Assembly (NCBI RefSeq): GCF_004010195.1
Contig: NC_057726.1
Span: 69,002,458 to 69,066,457, forward strand
DNA: 64,000 bases
Source: Chiloscyllium plagiosum
Taxonomy: Eukaryota
Direction: 5' to 3'
In this document: one piece after another, positions 1-14,029 of the stretch
Numbering within the stretch: position 1 is the first letter of the stretch
How the letters are laid out: the number at the start of each line of letters is the position of its first letter
Notes under the pieces: model-generated
What the model was told of the DNA's origin: nothing
What the model saw: only the letters and a program-made list of their open reading frames with translations
Database searches by the model: none
Program-made: the position numbers and the translations under genes

Positions 1-270
1 GAGGGGTGGGGTCATGGTCAAGGGGACGGTAGGAGGAGGTATCTGCGAGCTGGCGTTTGGCCTCAGCGGTGTAAAGGTCAGTGCGCCAAACTACTACTGC
101 GCCTCCCTTGTCTGCTGGTTTGATGGTGAGGTTGGGGTTGGAACGGAGGGAGTGGAGGGCTGCGCGTTCCGAGGGTGAGAGGTTGGAGTGGGTGGGAGGG
201 GTGTGGGAGTTCAGGTAGCGGTTAATATCGCGGCGGCAGTTTGCTATGAAGAGGTCGAGGGCAGGTAGGA
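1..270 (-). mobile_element. Penelope-like element, reverse transcriptase N-terminal fragment (runs off the window start)
   Basis: Manual minus-strand translation is open: ILPALDLFIANCRRDINR...SNLSPSERAALHSLRSNPNLTIKPADKGGAVVVWRTDLYTAEAKRQLADTSSY. The IKPADKG(G)AVVV motif is typical of PLE RT; the segment is CpG-rich. Confidence 0.85.
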
Positions 271-429
271 TTTGCCATTTCTCAGCCTATTGACCCATCT
301 GACCAAGATCCCATCCCTTCTTCGCTGTCCACGAGACCTCCAATTTTGGTGTCATCCGCAAACTTGCTAACTATACTTTTTATGCTCACATCCAAATCAT
401 TTTTATAAATGATGAAAAGTAGTGAACCT

Positions 430-2748
430 TGATGAACATCTGCCCATTTGTCACCTGCCTGAATGTGTGATGTCTCCCACTTCTTCCATAAGACATCATT
501 TTTAAGATAATAACATTCAGGGATACATTCAGATTATTTTTCTATGTATACCTTTTGATATAATTGCTTTAAATTTTAATCTTTCTGCTGTAACTCAATT
601 AATGTATCCAAGCAAAAGATATCTGTAGTGTCATCTATTTGCTCCTGGTTTGTATTAATCATTTGATCAAACAGGGTCTCTGCTAATTCCACTTCAATGT
701 TCTTTTTCTGTACTCTTTGATCTCTCCTATTTCAACTGGTGACTTTGTGACCTCATTACCACACAGTCAGGAAAAATCCCAGGATACGTATCCTGCAATC
801 ATTCAGTTGTCTGAGTTTCCACTGGCTTTTCAACCACAGTAGGCGGCACTTCATCTGCAAACCAGCTATATCATTAACAAGGACAAATTGTATTCCTGGA
901 GCTGAGAATTTCTCCAGTACTCCTACCATGACTTCTGCACTGAACACTCTGAACTCACTTTACATCTCACCATGAATCCCCATTACTAGTACCCTTTCTG
1001 GCAACAGTCCTTTAGAGGTGCATATCTCCTCATCTTTCAACGTTAAAGATTGAGGGGATCCTGTATCTCTTCATACTGTAACCTCTCTACCTGCTGCTCC
1101 TGGCCTATGCGAGTAAGCTTTACCTTCACAGGTATATGGTTTAAGAAGATCTGGCAGTTCCTCCTTAACTAACCTCTGACCAGATTGTACATTCCAGTGC
1201 AGCTTCCTAGCCTCTACTGTGCTTTCCATTACCACTCTAACAAAATTCACTGGCTTATCCGCTTTTCCTACATCTAGCTTCCCAGTGATTTAATGTGGCC
1301 TACGTTATTGCAGTGAAATCACCAGAGATTTAAAACTTTTCCTTCCCCTTCAAGTGTTTCCTTTTTAATCTGTGGTAGGTTGTTATCCTTATGACCTTCA
1401 GCGAGATCTCCTTTTCCCTTTCCACGTGAGGATTTCTCTTTTCCCCAATTTCTATCCCTCTTGTATTGTAATTGATTCTGGAAGCCAAACTTTGATTTAT
1501 GGACCAACTCATAAGGCATTAGCACAGCTGCTAATCTTGCCATTTTAATTCTCTGCTCTTCCACATGAGTTCTCACTACTTCAGGAAGTGAAGTTTTGAA
1601 CTCCTGTCTAAGTGCCAATCTTTGAAATTCAAATTCCCTCTATTTCTTCCTTTCCTCTCCCTCCTTTTCTCTCTCTTCTGTTTTTAATCGTAATTCAAAC
1701 TGAGTCATTTCAGTTTCCCTTTCCTTGTCTTTTGCTTTTAACTCAAGCTGTTTCATTTCCAATTGAATTTTAGCCACCCCTAAAGATTCTGAAGACATTT
1801 CCAGCAAAAGTAACTGCTGAAATATTGCTGTAATTATCTCTTTCCTCATGGAATGATGCAGTTCCAGCTCCAGCTTGTCTGCTAATTCCAGCAGCTTGAC
1901 CTTAATCACCTTTTGAGACACTCCTCATGTCACTTCTTCCACCTCCAGAAAACGTTTGGCGACTGAAACAACCATTGCTTACCCAAGCATTGTTCAAAAC
2001 TAACCAAATTCAACACCTAGAACCAGACACACTGACACAAACCACTCACTTCCTTCGAGTCCAACAATCCTAATCCCACTTTGGAACTACAGGACAAATC
2101 CCAAGAGTCCCCAGTCTTTTATGGACCAGGCCAGACCCCGTCAAAACATTTCAAGAAAGTAGCTCAGAACCTAACTTTGCCAGTTGTTTTAAGCAGGTGT
2201 GACGTGGATATTCCAGGAGGGAGGCAGCTCGTAAAACCACTTCATTTTAAACAAAACAGAACTTATTTACAAGATTACTGCATGCAACACAAACAAAAGG
2301 GAACAGAATAGAGAATAACTTCACATTTCTGAAAACCCAGTAGATTATTCCAACTTAATAATGTTGTTCCAAATACTTGCAACAATCCCCATTAACACTC
2401 CTTGGCACAAAAGGTAAAATCAAACACAGGATCTTACAGGAGCGAAGTCAGAGAGTGAGGATGAGCATGGACCTGCTTCTTTGGGTCCAGCAGCTTTACA
2501 ATTGCCTGACAGTGAATAGCCAGACTAAACCAGAGAAAAGGTGAGCCTGGAGAACTGGCCACGCTCCTGTCTTTGTACAAGTGCTTTTTTAAATCTTGAG
2601 AGCCTTTTGCCTGAGGCAGCGTCTGTTACCTAAAGGCAAACTGACTTAGACTTTCAAACTTAGACTTTTCGGAGTCTGTGTCTTTTATGACCTCTCTAAA
2701 AAAAAAATGCCAAGGACGGCATCACCTTGTTAAAGGAGCGGCATCATC
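430..2748 (-). mobile_element. Degenerate Gypsy (probably Gmr1-like) LTR retrotransposon: 5' LTR, PBS, gag and protease remnants; pol missing
   Basis: ORFs 1640-1921 (coiled-coil gag N-terminus) and 1319-1618 (EFKTSLPEVVRTHVEEQ); aspartic protease motif RDTGS on the minus strand near 1055-1075; ORF 756-947 VMVGVLEKFSAPGIQFVLVNDIAG; degenerate tRNA-Pro PBS (TGGGGACTCTTGGGAT) at ~2098-2113; LTR ~2117-2748 starting TG. Confidence 0.75.
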
Positions 2749-4559
2749 AGTTTCATATGGGGCATTTTTTTTTTAGGTGTTACCTTTCTAGGCCATAGAA
2801 AGCCAAAATTAGAGTTCTCAAGGCGAGTGTTGCAAGGAGCGTTTTTCGACCATTTCAAATGTTGGGCACATTTCGATGTTTCTCTCAGTCGATGGCCTGG
2901 TGACCAAGTTTAAAAATGATACAACTTAGCACAAAACAAAATGTAAATTTCAGGGGAAAAGTTCCAAACAAAGGAATCAATCAGTTCAATGAATCATACT
3001 AAAACAAAATCTGATCATCCCAATCATTCGAGATAATGAAGAAAAACGTTTTTTCCTGCCATTCTGCTTATGAAATGGAGCATGCAACAGACTCAACAGA
3101 CCAGATGCTAAGCTAAAGGAACCATATGGGGGTGGTAACTGAATTCGGGAGTGTGCGTGAAGGTGAAGATGAGATGCAGTGTGACAAATAGGGAGAGTGC
3201 GAATCAGGGACAGAACGAAGGTGACAGAATGTGAGAAGAATGTAGTCAGATAGCCAGCAGCAGAAATTAAGAGCTACAATGACGCATCCTGAGAATTATT
3301 GGTCAAGATAGTTTAAGTTCCGACCTCAGTTAAAACTGCAGTCAGGACATGTTATGAGCTACTATTTCCGTGTTGCCCAAATAAGGCAAGTGAAATGAGT
3401 CTGTAGACATACTAGCATCACTATTATCTTATATGGACCATGGTATGTGGCTGTTTATGACATGGTGCAAACATTTATGAATTGTTTGCCAGGAAACTCC
3501 ATTGGTTGGGATCGAACAATGAGACCAGGATTTGTTCAAGTCATTGGCTGAGTGCTAGGCAAGTTTCTGGATAAGGACTACATTTTTTAGATACGTGAAT
3601 AGAACAAAGGATTTTTCTCAGGAGTAGCCTTCAAGATCACCATTTGAGAAGGATAGGCCCTGAAATGTTCTGCAGAGAAGACAAAACCACCATGAGACAA
3701 CACATTCCCAGACAGCAAAGTTGCCCACTTCACTCAAATTGGGATAGTATTTGATTCAAGGCAAACGTATCCAGTTAGGGTTAGAATTAGGGTTAAATGT
3801 AAATGAAGTAAGATAAAGTGAAGCCAAATGAAGTGAATTAACGTTGAAGTTATGTTAGATGAAGTGAAAAGTAAATGTTTTAATGGATGTATGTTTTATA
3901 TTGAGTATTGCACTTAATGGATTAAATAAAGAAGGGTTTGTTTAATTAAATCCTGAGTCAGTTCCTGCCTTTTGTCTGTCACACAAGGGAAAAATACCTG
4001 GGACAAAGATTTTAAGATTCCTTTTCAGGCAACAGGAATTTTGCATGAGGATATAAATTTGATGAGGTGCTCAGCAGCCTTTTTGAACCTTTACCATCCC
4101 ACACTGCCATTAGGGAGTGAATGACAAGATTTTGAGTCAGTGACACTGAAGAAACAGCCTTATAAATTCAAGTCAGGATGGTGTGTACCTTGGAGGGAAC
4201 ATTGCATGTGGTGGTGTTCCTATGTATGTGCTGCCCTATCTTTCTAGACAGCAGTTGAGTTTGGAAGGTGATGTAGAAGGAGCATTGGTGAATTTCTGCA
4301 GTGCACCTTGTAGATGGCACACATTGCTGCTGCTGAGCAACTGTGGTGGAGGGAGTAGATGTTTACAAATGTTGTGTCTATCAAGTCGACAGCTTTGTCC
4401 TAGATCGTGTCAAGCTTCTTGAATGTTGTTGGAAATGCACTCATCCAGGCAAGTGGGGACTATTCTATTACACTGATGACTTTTAAACAGTGGGCAGGTG
4501 CTGTGGGATAGGAGGTGAGTCAGAGAGGAAACAAAGAGGGGGATTAAACAGGCCTCGTT

Positions 4560-6200
4560 CCAAATGGCAGAAAGCGACTTTGAGGTATCACAGGGAGCAG
4601 TGCTAGCTGCGTTATTTATAATACATATTCACAATTTAAATGAGGGAACCAAGTGCAATATCTTTGAGTTTGCAAATGACACAAAGCTCAGTGGAGGGAT
4701 GAATTGAGAGTAGGACACAGAGATGCTTCAGTGTGATTTGGTCAATTTGAGTGAGTGAGCAAATGCATAGCAGATGAAGCATAATATGAATAAATGTGAG
4801 GTTGATCACTTTGTTAGTTAAAACAGGATGCAAATTATTATCTGACTGTCAAGAATTTGGGAAAAGAGAACGTACAGTGATTCCTAGGAGTCCTTGTATG
4901 CCAGTCACTGAAAATAAGCACATAGACACAGCAAACAGTGAGAAAGGTAAATGGTATGTTGGTCTTTATAGTGAAAGGATTCAAGTAATAGAGCAAGAAT
5001 GTCTGGCTACAAACTGTAGTGCATACTATCCACAAGATGCATTGCAGAAATTTGTCAAAGACCTTTAGACAGCACATTCTAAATCCATGACCACTTCCAT
5101 TGAGAAGGACAAAAACAGCAGCTGCATGGGAACATCAGCACCTGCAAGATTTCCACTAAGCGTGTCAGCATCCTGACTTGGAAAGATATCACTATTCTTT
5201 CACTGTCACTGGATCAAAATCCTGGAATTCCCTACTTAACGGTGTTATGGGTCTACCTGCAGCACATGGATTGCAGTGGTGCAAGTAGGCAATTCACAGA
5301 AATCTTCCCAAGGCAATGTAGGAATAGCAAATAATAGCTGGCCAGCCAGCAATGCCCATGCCCCATGAGTGAAAAAAAATTGTACGGAGCCTTTGTGAGA
5401 CCACTCCTAGCGCATTGTATACGGTTTTAATTTCTTTGTCTGAGGAAGAATGTTCTGGCAATGAAGGGACTGCAATTGAGGTTGGCCAGACTGATTCTTG
5501 GGTTGGCAGCAGTGATGTCTGAAGTGAGACTGAATCGGTAAGGACTAATAACACTGTAGTTAGAAGAATGAGTTTGTGGGGGGGTGGAATCTTACATCAA
5601 TTTATAAAATTTTGACAGGACAAGACAGAATGAAGCTGAAAAATGAGTTGCAGAAAAAGCGCAGCATGTCAGGCAGCATCCAAGGAGCAGGAGAATCGAT
5701 GTTTTGGGCATAAGCCCTTCTTCAGGAAGAAGAGCTTATGCCCAAAACCTCGATTACCCTGATCCTTGGATGCTGTCTGACCTGCTGCGCTTTTCCTGCA
5801 ACACATTTTCCAGCTCTGATCTCCAGCATCTGCAGTCCTCACATCATCCAAGACAGAATGAACTCAGGATGGGTGTTCCTGATAACTGGGGTGTGCAGAA
5901 CCAAGGATCACAGAGTAAGGATATGGGGTAGGCCATTTAGGACTGAGATGAAGAGAAATTTCTTCACCGTGAGAATGGTAAGCCTGTGGAATTCTCTGCC
6001 GCAGAGAATGGTAGAGGCTAAATCATTGAATATTTTCAAGAAGGAGTTAAATATATTTACTTGAGCTGAAGGGATCAAAAAATATGCGGTATAAAATGAA
6101 AACAAGATACTGACATAATGATCAGCCATAATCATATTGAATGGCGAAGTATGTCCCAATGGCCCAAATGGCCAACTCCTGTTTCCAATTTCTTGTTTCT
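4560..6200 (+). mobile_element. CR1 LINE 3' fragments interrupted by an L2-like fragment and a Penelope-derived palindrome
   Basis: RT-like FANDTK segment at 4668-4685; ORF 5738-6064 ends RPFRTEMKRNFFTVRMVSLWNSLPQRMVEA, the CR1 ORF2 C-terminus. Confidence 0.75.
5645..5840. repeat. Palindromic short repeat derived from Penelope-element ends
   Basis: The left arm (aaaagcgcagca...gcataagcccttctt) is the reverse complement of the right arm (aagaagagcttatgc...tgctgcgcttttc). The same family occurs at ~30445-30560, 32880-33000, 42290-42385, 47360-47480 and 47990-48194. Confidence 0.7.
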
Positions 6201-7968
6201 GTGGGTTTCTTATTGAAATATTCAAAGCTTTTAACCTGGTCTTGAATCTGTTGTAATTATTTGGCTGGTTCAATTAATTTTCTGGTCAACAGTAAACTCC
6301 AAGATGGTGATCGTATAAAGTCCTAGAGTCATGCTGATACAGTATGAAAAAAGTAACAGCTAAAAAAGGTCCTCCATTTTTACAAAAATTCAATAATAAA
6401 AATTACTTTTATAAAAGGCTATGAGAGGTGACTATGAGAATGAATGCATCCTGACAAAGAATCAGTTGTTCTGTTACCAGTCAATTGCCATAACAAGTTG
6501 CTATGAAGCCATGTTGCAACAATCAGGATCAGACAGTTCCCTAACTTCTGACGAGCAAAGACTTGAATAGTCAGTTTGTTTAACATGTGTGAAAGAACTC
6601 TGATAGAATTAACAGCTTTGTTTCTTATATAATTCCCATACATTTACGTGAATAACAGAAATAGTCAGCGGCTTTGTTTGACATACCAAGTTTATTAATT
6701 ATCTAATGAGAACCTAATTAATATGGTGTGAATTAGAGGAATAAAAAAGATAATAGAACATGCTAAGGGTGCAAAATGATGCTGTGTTTTACTATGTTTC
6801 AGAGATCATTTACTAACATATTCTAGGTAATCTCTGATTGTTAATCTAAATTCATTGTCTATTGATCTCTCAGCCAGTTTGACAATAATAAAAGAGTGCT
6901 ATTTTGTAACCTACAAGTGCTCGGAGAATTTATAATTTTACATAAGGTGTCATGACTCGCTTTCTATTATAGAGAGGGTCTCTAGGCTGATTCATCAGTA
7001 GAGTGCTTGATTCGCACTCAACATTGCGGTTTAGGGTACCTTATGTTATTTTTAACTCTTTGACTGCCCCTTGGGTCCTTACATATAATTTGTCTCTGGC
7101 CTAGTGGGACTAGTACCTTGAAGGAATAGAACTTTACCACTCAGATTTAAATTCGGATTTTCTTCTGCTTTATGTTTATACTATTTTTATTTTTTTTTAA
7201 TCTGGTCCAATTTCTTTTTGCTTATTTTAAATAAGACGTGAACATTTGAGTTTCTTTTCTCTGTATATGGCCTATGTCAATTACAGGTTTTTTTTCTGTT
7301 TTGTTTGCTGCGGTTGATCTTGGCTTTTCTGTATTCGGTGTAGAGAGCTGACTCCTTCAGGTATGACCTGTGGAAATTATGAGATATTAGAAAAAGGAGG
7401 ATAGGTTCAGTAAATGTCTCACTCCGTCGTGTTAATAGGCCAGTGGAAATAATGAGATATTAAGCACACCATTGCGTTAATATGGTCAGTTGAAAATTAT
7501 GAGGTTATTGACAAAGGAGGATAGGGTCGGCTGATTTTTTTTTGTAGAGCACAAAGTCCTAAGGTACAATGGGACAGTCTCTCGATATAGTTGGAAAGGG
7601 TTCTCCCTTAAAGACAATGTGCGTGATAACACCTGATCGGGAAAATGATTTGTAGTGTTTGAAGGCCCCTCAGATAAATTGGACATTTTGTTAAATCTTT
7701 TGTGTGAATTGGGCAACTTGTTAAATTTTATTTTACATTTTAAAAGACGTCCTGTTTGAATCATTGAACGATTGTGATTGTGTGTGTGTCAGATACAACT
7801 TTAATTGGATGGGGAGCTGATTACAAAACTATGACTTCTTCAAAAAAAACGGGTGAAATGGATCCAATAAACTGAGAAGCCACTTCTCCCTGATGGCACT
7901 TTTAATTGTGATCACATAAAACAATTGGAAGGAATTTTGAATTCTTCGATTAGGCTAAGGAAACCCAA

Positions 7969-8028
7969 AGAGAGAGAGAGAGGTAGATAGAGAGAAGTAC
8001 AGGGAGAGAGAGAGAGAGAGAGAGAGAG
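7969..8028. repeat. (GA)n microsatellite
   Basis: Directly visible. Confidence 0.9.
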
Positions 8029-11000
8029 GCTGCTAAGTAATACCTCTTTGTTGCTTGTTATGAACATACTTTTTGTTCATTGGCATTTGCATGTGGTCTT
8101 ATATAATCTTTGTTTTTTGTCCCCTGGAACTCGTCATTTGGGAATGTTTTGATTTAAGCCTGCATTTTGGATATTTTTGGTGATTTTAAAGTGTTGTCTG
8201 TGCCTTTTTTATTATGCATGTTTAAGGTTTTTTTTCCTTTTGAAGGACTTTCTCTACTAATATCTACCAGGAAAGGGTTCATTTAAATAAATTGATTTCT
8301 GATCATTGGTTTAATTTGTCTCTTGGAATTTGATTTTCGCACGTTTAGAATTTCATTTCCTGGCCAGAGTGAATTTCCAAAGAAGATTAGCTAATTATGT
8401 TTGTCCGGGGAAGCTATCCCTCTTTAACTCGACTTTGGTCAAATTTTCAAATATCTGATAAAACCATTGTAAATGTCAGGGTGATTTTTAACGAGATTTG
8501 GGTTCTTGAGGAAGATGTGGGAACGCCTGTGTTGTATGCGCTGTTGCAGGTCTATATTCATTTATGCTATCATAATAAAAATCTCTTCAGGCTATTCCTA
8601 AAATAAAACTCTCACTTCTCTGGAAATAAAAGGTAGTCTCTTGCTGTGGTATTAAGATTTCGGTTTTCATCAAGAATTCAGGTATTTTTTTTTTACTTTT
8701 TCAGTTGTTTAACATGCAAATATTTCACTTACACAAAATATTTAATTATGATGAATATGATAGCCAATGAAGCAGCTATTTTGTTTTTATTGGTATATTT
8801 ATACAATTCAATTCCTAGAATGGACAAATTGATGCGATGATTCTAATCATAATCTGTTTAATCACTTGTTTAATTTATTTTCAAATTTATGAGGTGTGTA
8901 ACATTATTAATCTATTATTTCTTTCTCCATCTCTCTCCTTCACACATTATCCTCCTCAACATGCTCCTGTCCCTCTCTCCTTCTTGCACACACACAGACG
9001 CGTGTGCGCGCGCACACACACACACACTCTCCGTCTGACACCACTTTTCGTTCCTTATATGCACTAAATCTCACTCTTTTCTGTTCGTCGTGGCTTCCCT
9101 CCAGTCTGGCAGTCTCTCCAGAATTGAAGGCTTGTTTTCAAGACTTTATTGCACTTTGATTCCATATTCCCGGCTCCATCAATGCTTGGAGTGGTAGAAT
9201 GTTGATGAATCTGGGTGCAGCTCAGCATGCTCTCTTGCTGCCTTTACTTTGCCTCATGAAATCCCCGGACCACACCAGTATCTTGTATGGATTCAGGAGC
9301 TGCATCCTATTTAATGAACCTGATTGAAACAAAAGATAAGTCATTCATTTGCACAGGTTTGTTACCAATCTAACCAGAGCACGTTTCTTTTCCAGACCGG
9401 CTGCTTATAGGCACTCTGCTGTTAGGAGGAAGCAGGCTGTGATTGGATGAGGAGCTGTACAGCAATTTGTAAAAACACATCATTTTCTGGTTGTCTGTGT
9501 ATTTTTGGCAGGATTTCACAGGCTGCCCACCCACCCGAGACAGCCCTTGGGGTTTCATGTTCTGAGTGACTTCTATTCACAACAATTCACCATCTGTGCA
9601 ATCATCCTTCACCAAACTGGAATGACATTGACAGCAATGGGTATCACGGGCCTTTAATTTCCTATGTTCAATTTGGTTTCCTTCATTTCAGCTAGAGTGA
9701 AGTGAGCTGGTAGTATCTGATACTGTTGAAATTAGAAATATCAAGCCTTATTTTAATTCAGACATATCATAGTAATGAAAAGGCCCACAGACATTTCACA
9801 GTGAGGTGTGAAGTAGCTATTTTACCCTCACTTACATTCAATATGTTATTGATTCGGAAAGGAAGATGAGAAAAGAGGAAATAAAGATATCGGAATGATC
9901 TCTCGTTTTTTATTGAGCACAAGGTATTTTCACTTATTGCTTCTGTTCTGTGTTGTTCTTAAATTCAGGTTGTATGTTATAAACTAATAGAAATTATCAA
10001 TGCTAAGTAACCTATCAACTTGTGTGAAAATGTTCTCATCAATTCATAGTGGGATTCTGGTTGTGTAAGTTGCCCAATGTAAGATATTTGCCTGAAGAAT
10101 TCAAAATAGTGCACTCACTTTCATGAAAAACTTATACTGTTATATGGCACTTGTAAGAAATAGGAAAAATGTGCGTCATCCACATGATAACTATTGAAAG
10201 ATATTCTGCAGATGGATTGTAGGCATGAGCTGTTTCACAGAATGGGTAATTTAATATTAATGCTTCCAATGATATTTAGTCTGTTAGCATTTTTCTTTTT
10301 CATTAACAGAGCTGAAAAATAATTATTTCTAAGGTCCCAAGGAAAGGTCATTTGACCCAAACCTTTAACTCTGATTTATCTCGACAGTTTGTGCCAGACC
10401 TGCTGAGTTCTTCCAGAAATTTCTGGTTTTGTTTGTGTGTGAGAGAAATAAATATTTCTGTCCATTTGTCATTCAATTTTGAGAATTGGAAACAAAATAT
10501 GGGTGTAATTACATGAAAAGACATGATAGAAAATACAGTTAACGTTGACCATCATTTTTGAAAGGTTGCTTTAAATTTTTCCTGAAAAAACATTTGTTAC
10601 TGAATGAAATCTTATGCAATGGGCATTATTACATTGAAATTATTTCATTTAGCAGTGCTCAAATGTAACAGAAAAAAATTATAGAAAGGTCCAAGACTCT
10701 TCAGCTGTGACATTATCTTTGCACAGCAGACAATACTTTCAAGAAATGAAAGAATCCTGACAACAGAGCAAGCCTTACACCAAGTCTAATGGTGTTATTT
10801 TACGTGTTATTTTATGAAATGCCATAGTGTGGAAACTACTCGCGTTACAGGAATGACTTTGCAAAGGTTCAGTCTTAACATATACATCTCCAGTTGGTAT
10901 GATCAGTGAAAATGTTCTCAGAAAAGTTGAACATGGAAGCCACGTCCAAACATAATTGTAAACACTTTGGTATGTAATTTATAACTTCCAAATTGGTGCA

Positions 11001-11059
11001 ATATTTTTGTGAAATTGAAACTAATGAGACAAGTCACATTATATGAAGTTTTATTTTAA

Positions 11060-12640
11060 TTCTCTCCTAGAGCATGGACATCGTCACTGGACCACCATTT
11101 ATGACCTGGCCCTGGTTGACTATGAAAGTTTGGTAGTGAGCTGTGTTCTTGAACTACTGCAGGCGGACCCACAATACTGTTTGGGAAGGAAGTCCAGTTA
11201 CAGCAAAGGAATGGTAGCATATTTTGCAAGTCAGAACAGTGCATGGCTTGGAGGGGTAGGGTTTTCCCATGTATCTGCCCTTTTCCTTCCAGATGGAAAA
11301 GATGGTGGATATTGAAGTTGCTATCTAAACAACTTTGATGAATTTCAGCATTGCATCTTGTACATGATACACACTTTTTTGTTACTGAGTGCTAGTGGGA
11401 GACAGGGTGGATACAGTGTCAATCAAGTGGGCTACTTTGTCCTGGTTGGTGTCAAGCTGTTGAAGCTGCACTGATCCAGGCAAATGGGGAATATTCCATC
11501 ACACTCCTGGTTTGTACCTTGTAATTGGTGGAAAGGCTTTGGAGAATCAGGAGCTGAGTTACACACTGCAGTATCCCTAGCCTCTGATCTGAACTTGTCG
11601 TCACTATTTATATGGCTAGCCCAGTTCAGTTTCTGATCAGTAGTAACTCTGAGGGCATTGACATTGGGACTGTCAATGATGGTAATGCCACTGAATTTTA
11701 ATAGCCAGTGTTTAGATCGTCGCTTCTTGAAGATGTTCATAGCTTGTCATTTGTGCAGTACAAATGTTACAACACGGGTTCAATCCTCCTGCTTAATTTA
11801 AACCAGCAACACAGAAAAGATTTATCCCATGCAGTAATTGTGAAAATTCTAGAGATTAAGAACTGTTTAAAGTAAAAATGAACAACTTTATTTCTTAAAG
11901 TATAACTGAGAATGATTAACGAACAACTATTTACAACTCCTTCCTCTATCCTATCTTTAACTTTCTCTTTTCTCTGATACGAGTCTAATAAAACCCCCGA
12001 TTAAAGTTTACTGAAAAATTCAAACTTCAAAACCATCCAGCAGTCGAATCTTCCTCTGTAGAGTTGCTCTCCAGGTCGGTGTTGATGTTTTTTTTCTCTG
12101 TGCAAACTTTTTCTCTAGGTATTTACCTCTCAGAGAGTTCTGATGAGCAGCCTACATCTGTTGGTCTTCCGGTTAGTTCCCTCCAAACTGTTCAATCTTT
12201 CTCGGTCTCATGCCCCCAAAGCATTTGATTGTGTCATTGGCTTTTAATATTGTCAACATTCAAAATTCATACATGATTGGAGTTCGGATTTTTTTGGGGA
12301 TGTAATTTAAGTTGATTGGCCGAATTCAATTTGTTTTAGTCTCCAGGCAACCAGCTACCCTGGTTGCTGGACCACATGTTACATGTATCTTATTCAGAAC
12401 ACTTGGTGCTGTCAGGTAGTTCTGCAAACTTCGAACTCTCTGAAAGGTACAGTACACCCACATCTTTATAACATTTGTTAGTCAAAGCCTGGATATAGTC
12501 CAGATCTTGTTGCATTTGGGCATTTGCTTCAGCATCTGAGGAGTTGTGAATGGTGCTGAATATTGTGAAATCACTGGAAAATATTCCCAATTCTGAGCAT
12601 ATGATAGAAAGGAAATCATTGGTGAGGCAACTGAATATTT
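11060..12640 (-). mobile_element. L2/CR1-group LINE 3' fragment interrupted by a solo LTR
   Basis: ORF 11432-11740 NALRVTTDQKLNWASHIN and ORF 12390-12590 IFSSDFTIFSTI...MQQDLDYIQA are LINE RT C-terminal motifs. Confidence 0.7.
11765..12473 (-). mobile_element. Solo LTR inserted in a LINE
   Basis: Termini TGTTACAA...TTATAACA (TG..CA with short inverted ends); LINE sequence resumes on both sides; minus-strand AATAAA near 11890. Confidence 0.55.
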
Positions 12641-14029
12641 TTAGGCGTTACAACTTTTCAAGCTATTGCCGGTCTTTAATAACCTTTCCTTTCCAATTGT
12701 CTTGAACATGCTGTTGTGTCCAAATGTGTTCTCAGTTGCTGAAACAAAAACCTTTAAATCCACCTTAATTAATGTGCCTTCCCTTGGTCCTTCCACTGGT
12801 TCAAAACAGCTCTTTTCCAAGTTACATATGAAATTAAATATGACTGTGACAAGTTTCATATTTCTCAGCAATACACTTAAGAATCCTATTTTCATTAACT
12901 ATTCTAATTTATTGTCCAATTAGTAATGATATCCATTATATTTTCTTGTACCATTACTTAGAAAAAAAGAATCCTTTATGCAAAACAGCACTCTTCAATG
13001 AGATTTACAGTTATTGAAGTATTTTGATGGATAAACAATTTAGTAGTGGATGGCATACAAGAATTGTATTTTGTTGAACAAGTCCAACAAATCAAGCTGA
13101 GATAATATCTGAATGTTGTCTTTATATGCATTGAGGTGCAGATATTTTCCAGGACACTCAAGATAACTGTACTGCTTAGAAAAAATATTGTCAAGGGATA
13201 GTTTACAGCCATCCGAGGAGCTTATCAATTAACAACTCAAGAGACTGCATCTCCAATTACGCAAGCTACACTCAATGATGCACATATGGACGGTAACAAA
13301 TAAAATAGGAATTTAAAGCAAACACAATCATTAGATAATAACTATTAGGAAAACATTTTTTTTTAAAAGGCCAAATTACCTAAATCCATGTTGTTCAATG
13401 GATGGATGCAGAGATAATGGATGCATTGGTTGGAAACTTCCAACATGGACAGTGGAATAGGCCAAATGGATGAGCAAAATGCAAGATAATATTGCTGTGG
13501 AGAAGGAGAGAAGCAAGTGAAAAAAACTTATAAATCAGGTTGTCTGAAATAGTAGATTGGTGATCTTCCAAATCAAGTAGAAAAGAGGTTGGAGCCGGAC
13601 ATTTAGAAATTTATACTATAATTCGGCAGTGTTGACATGAGTGTGTGAAAGGAAAATAGCACTGGATAAAGTTATGAAAGCTTTTTTTTCATGTAATGAG
13701 TAAGTGGATCAACAAAAATGAATAAATGTGGGATCCCTAAAGTCCAAAATGGCATCTGTGCAGTATCACAGAAAAGATTTAGGCACAAGATATGAGCTTA
13801 TAGCACTGGAGGTTAAATGTAAGTGTGCATAATTGACTGGCTTATCTACAGGACTCCACACATCAAAATTTCAGCATAATATTTTTTATTTGACAATCTA
13901 TAAGTAGCAGGGTACTGGTTTGTTTATGACACATTTCACTGGCTTCGATCAGCCAGACTTCTGCATGCATTAAGCAACATGATGTTCCTTAATCTCCTTG
14001 TGGAAACTGTCAGAGTGACCTGGTCTTGA

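Noticed and set aside
3240-3985. Possible solo LTR (AATAAA near 3926, ends ..CACA)
   Set aside because: Could not define both termini or a TSD.
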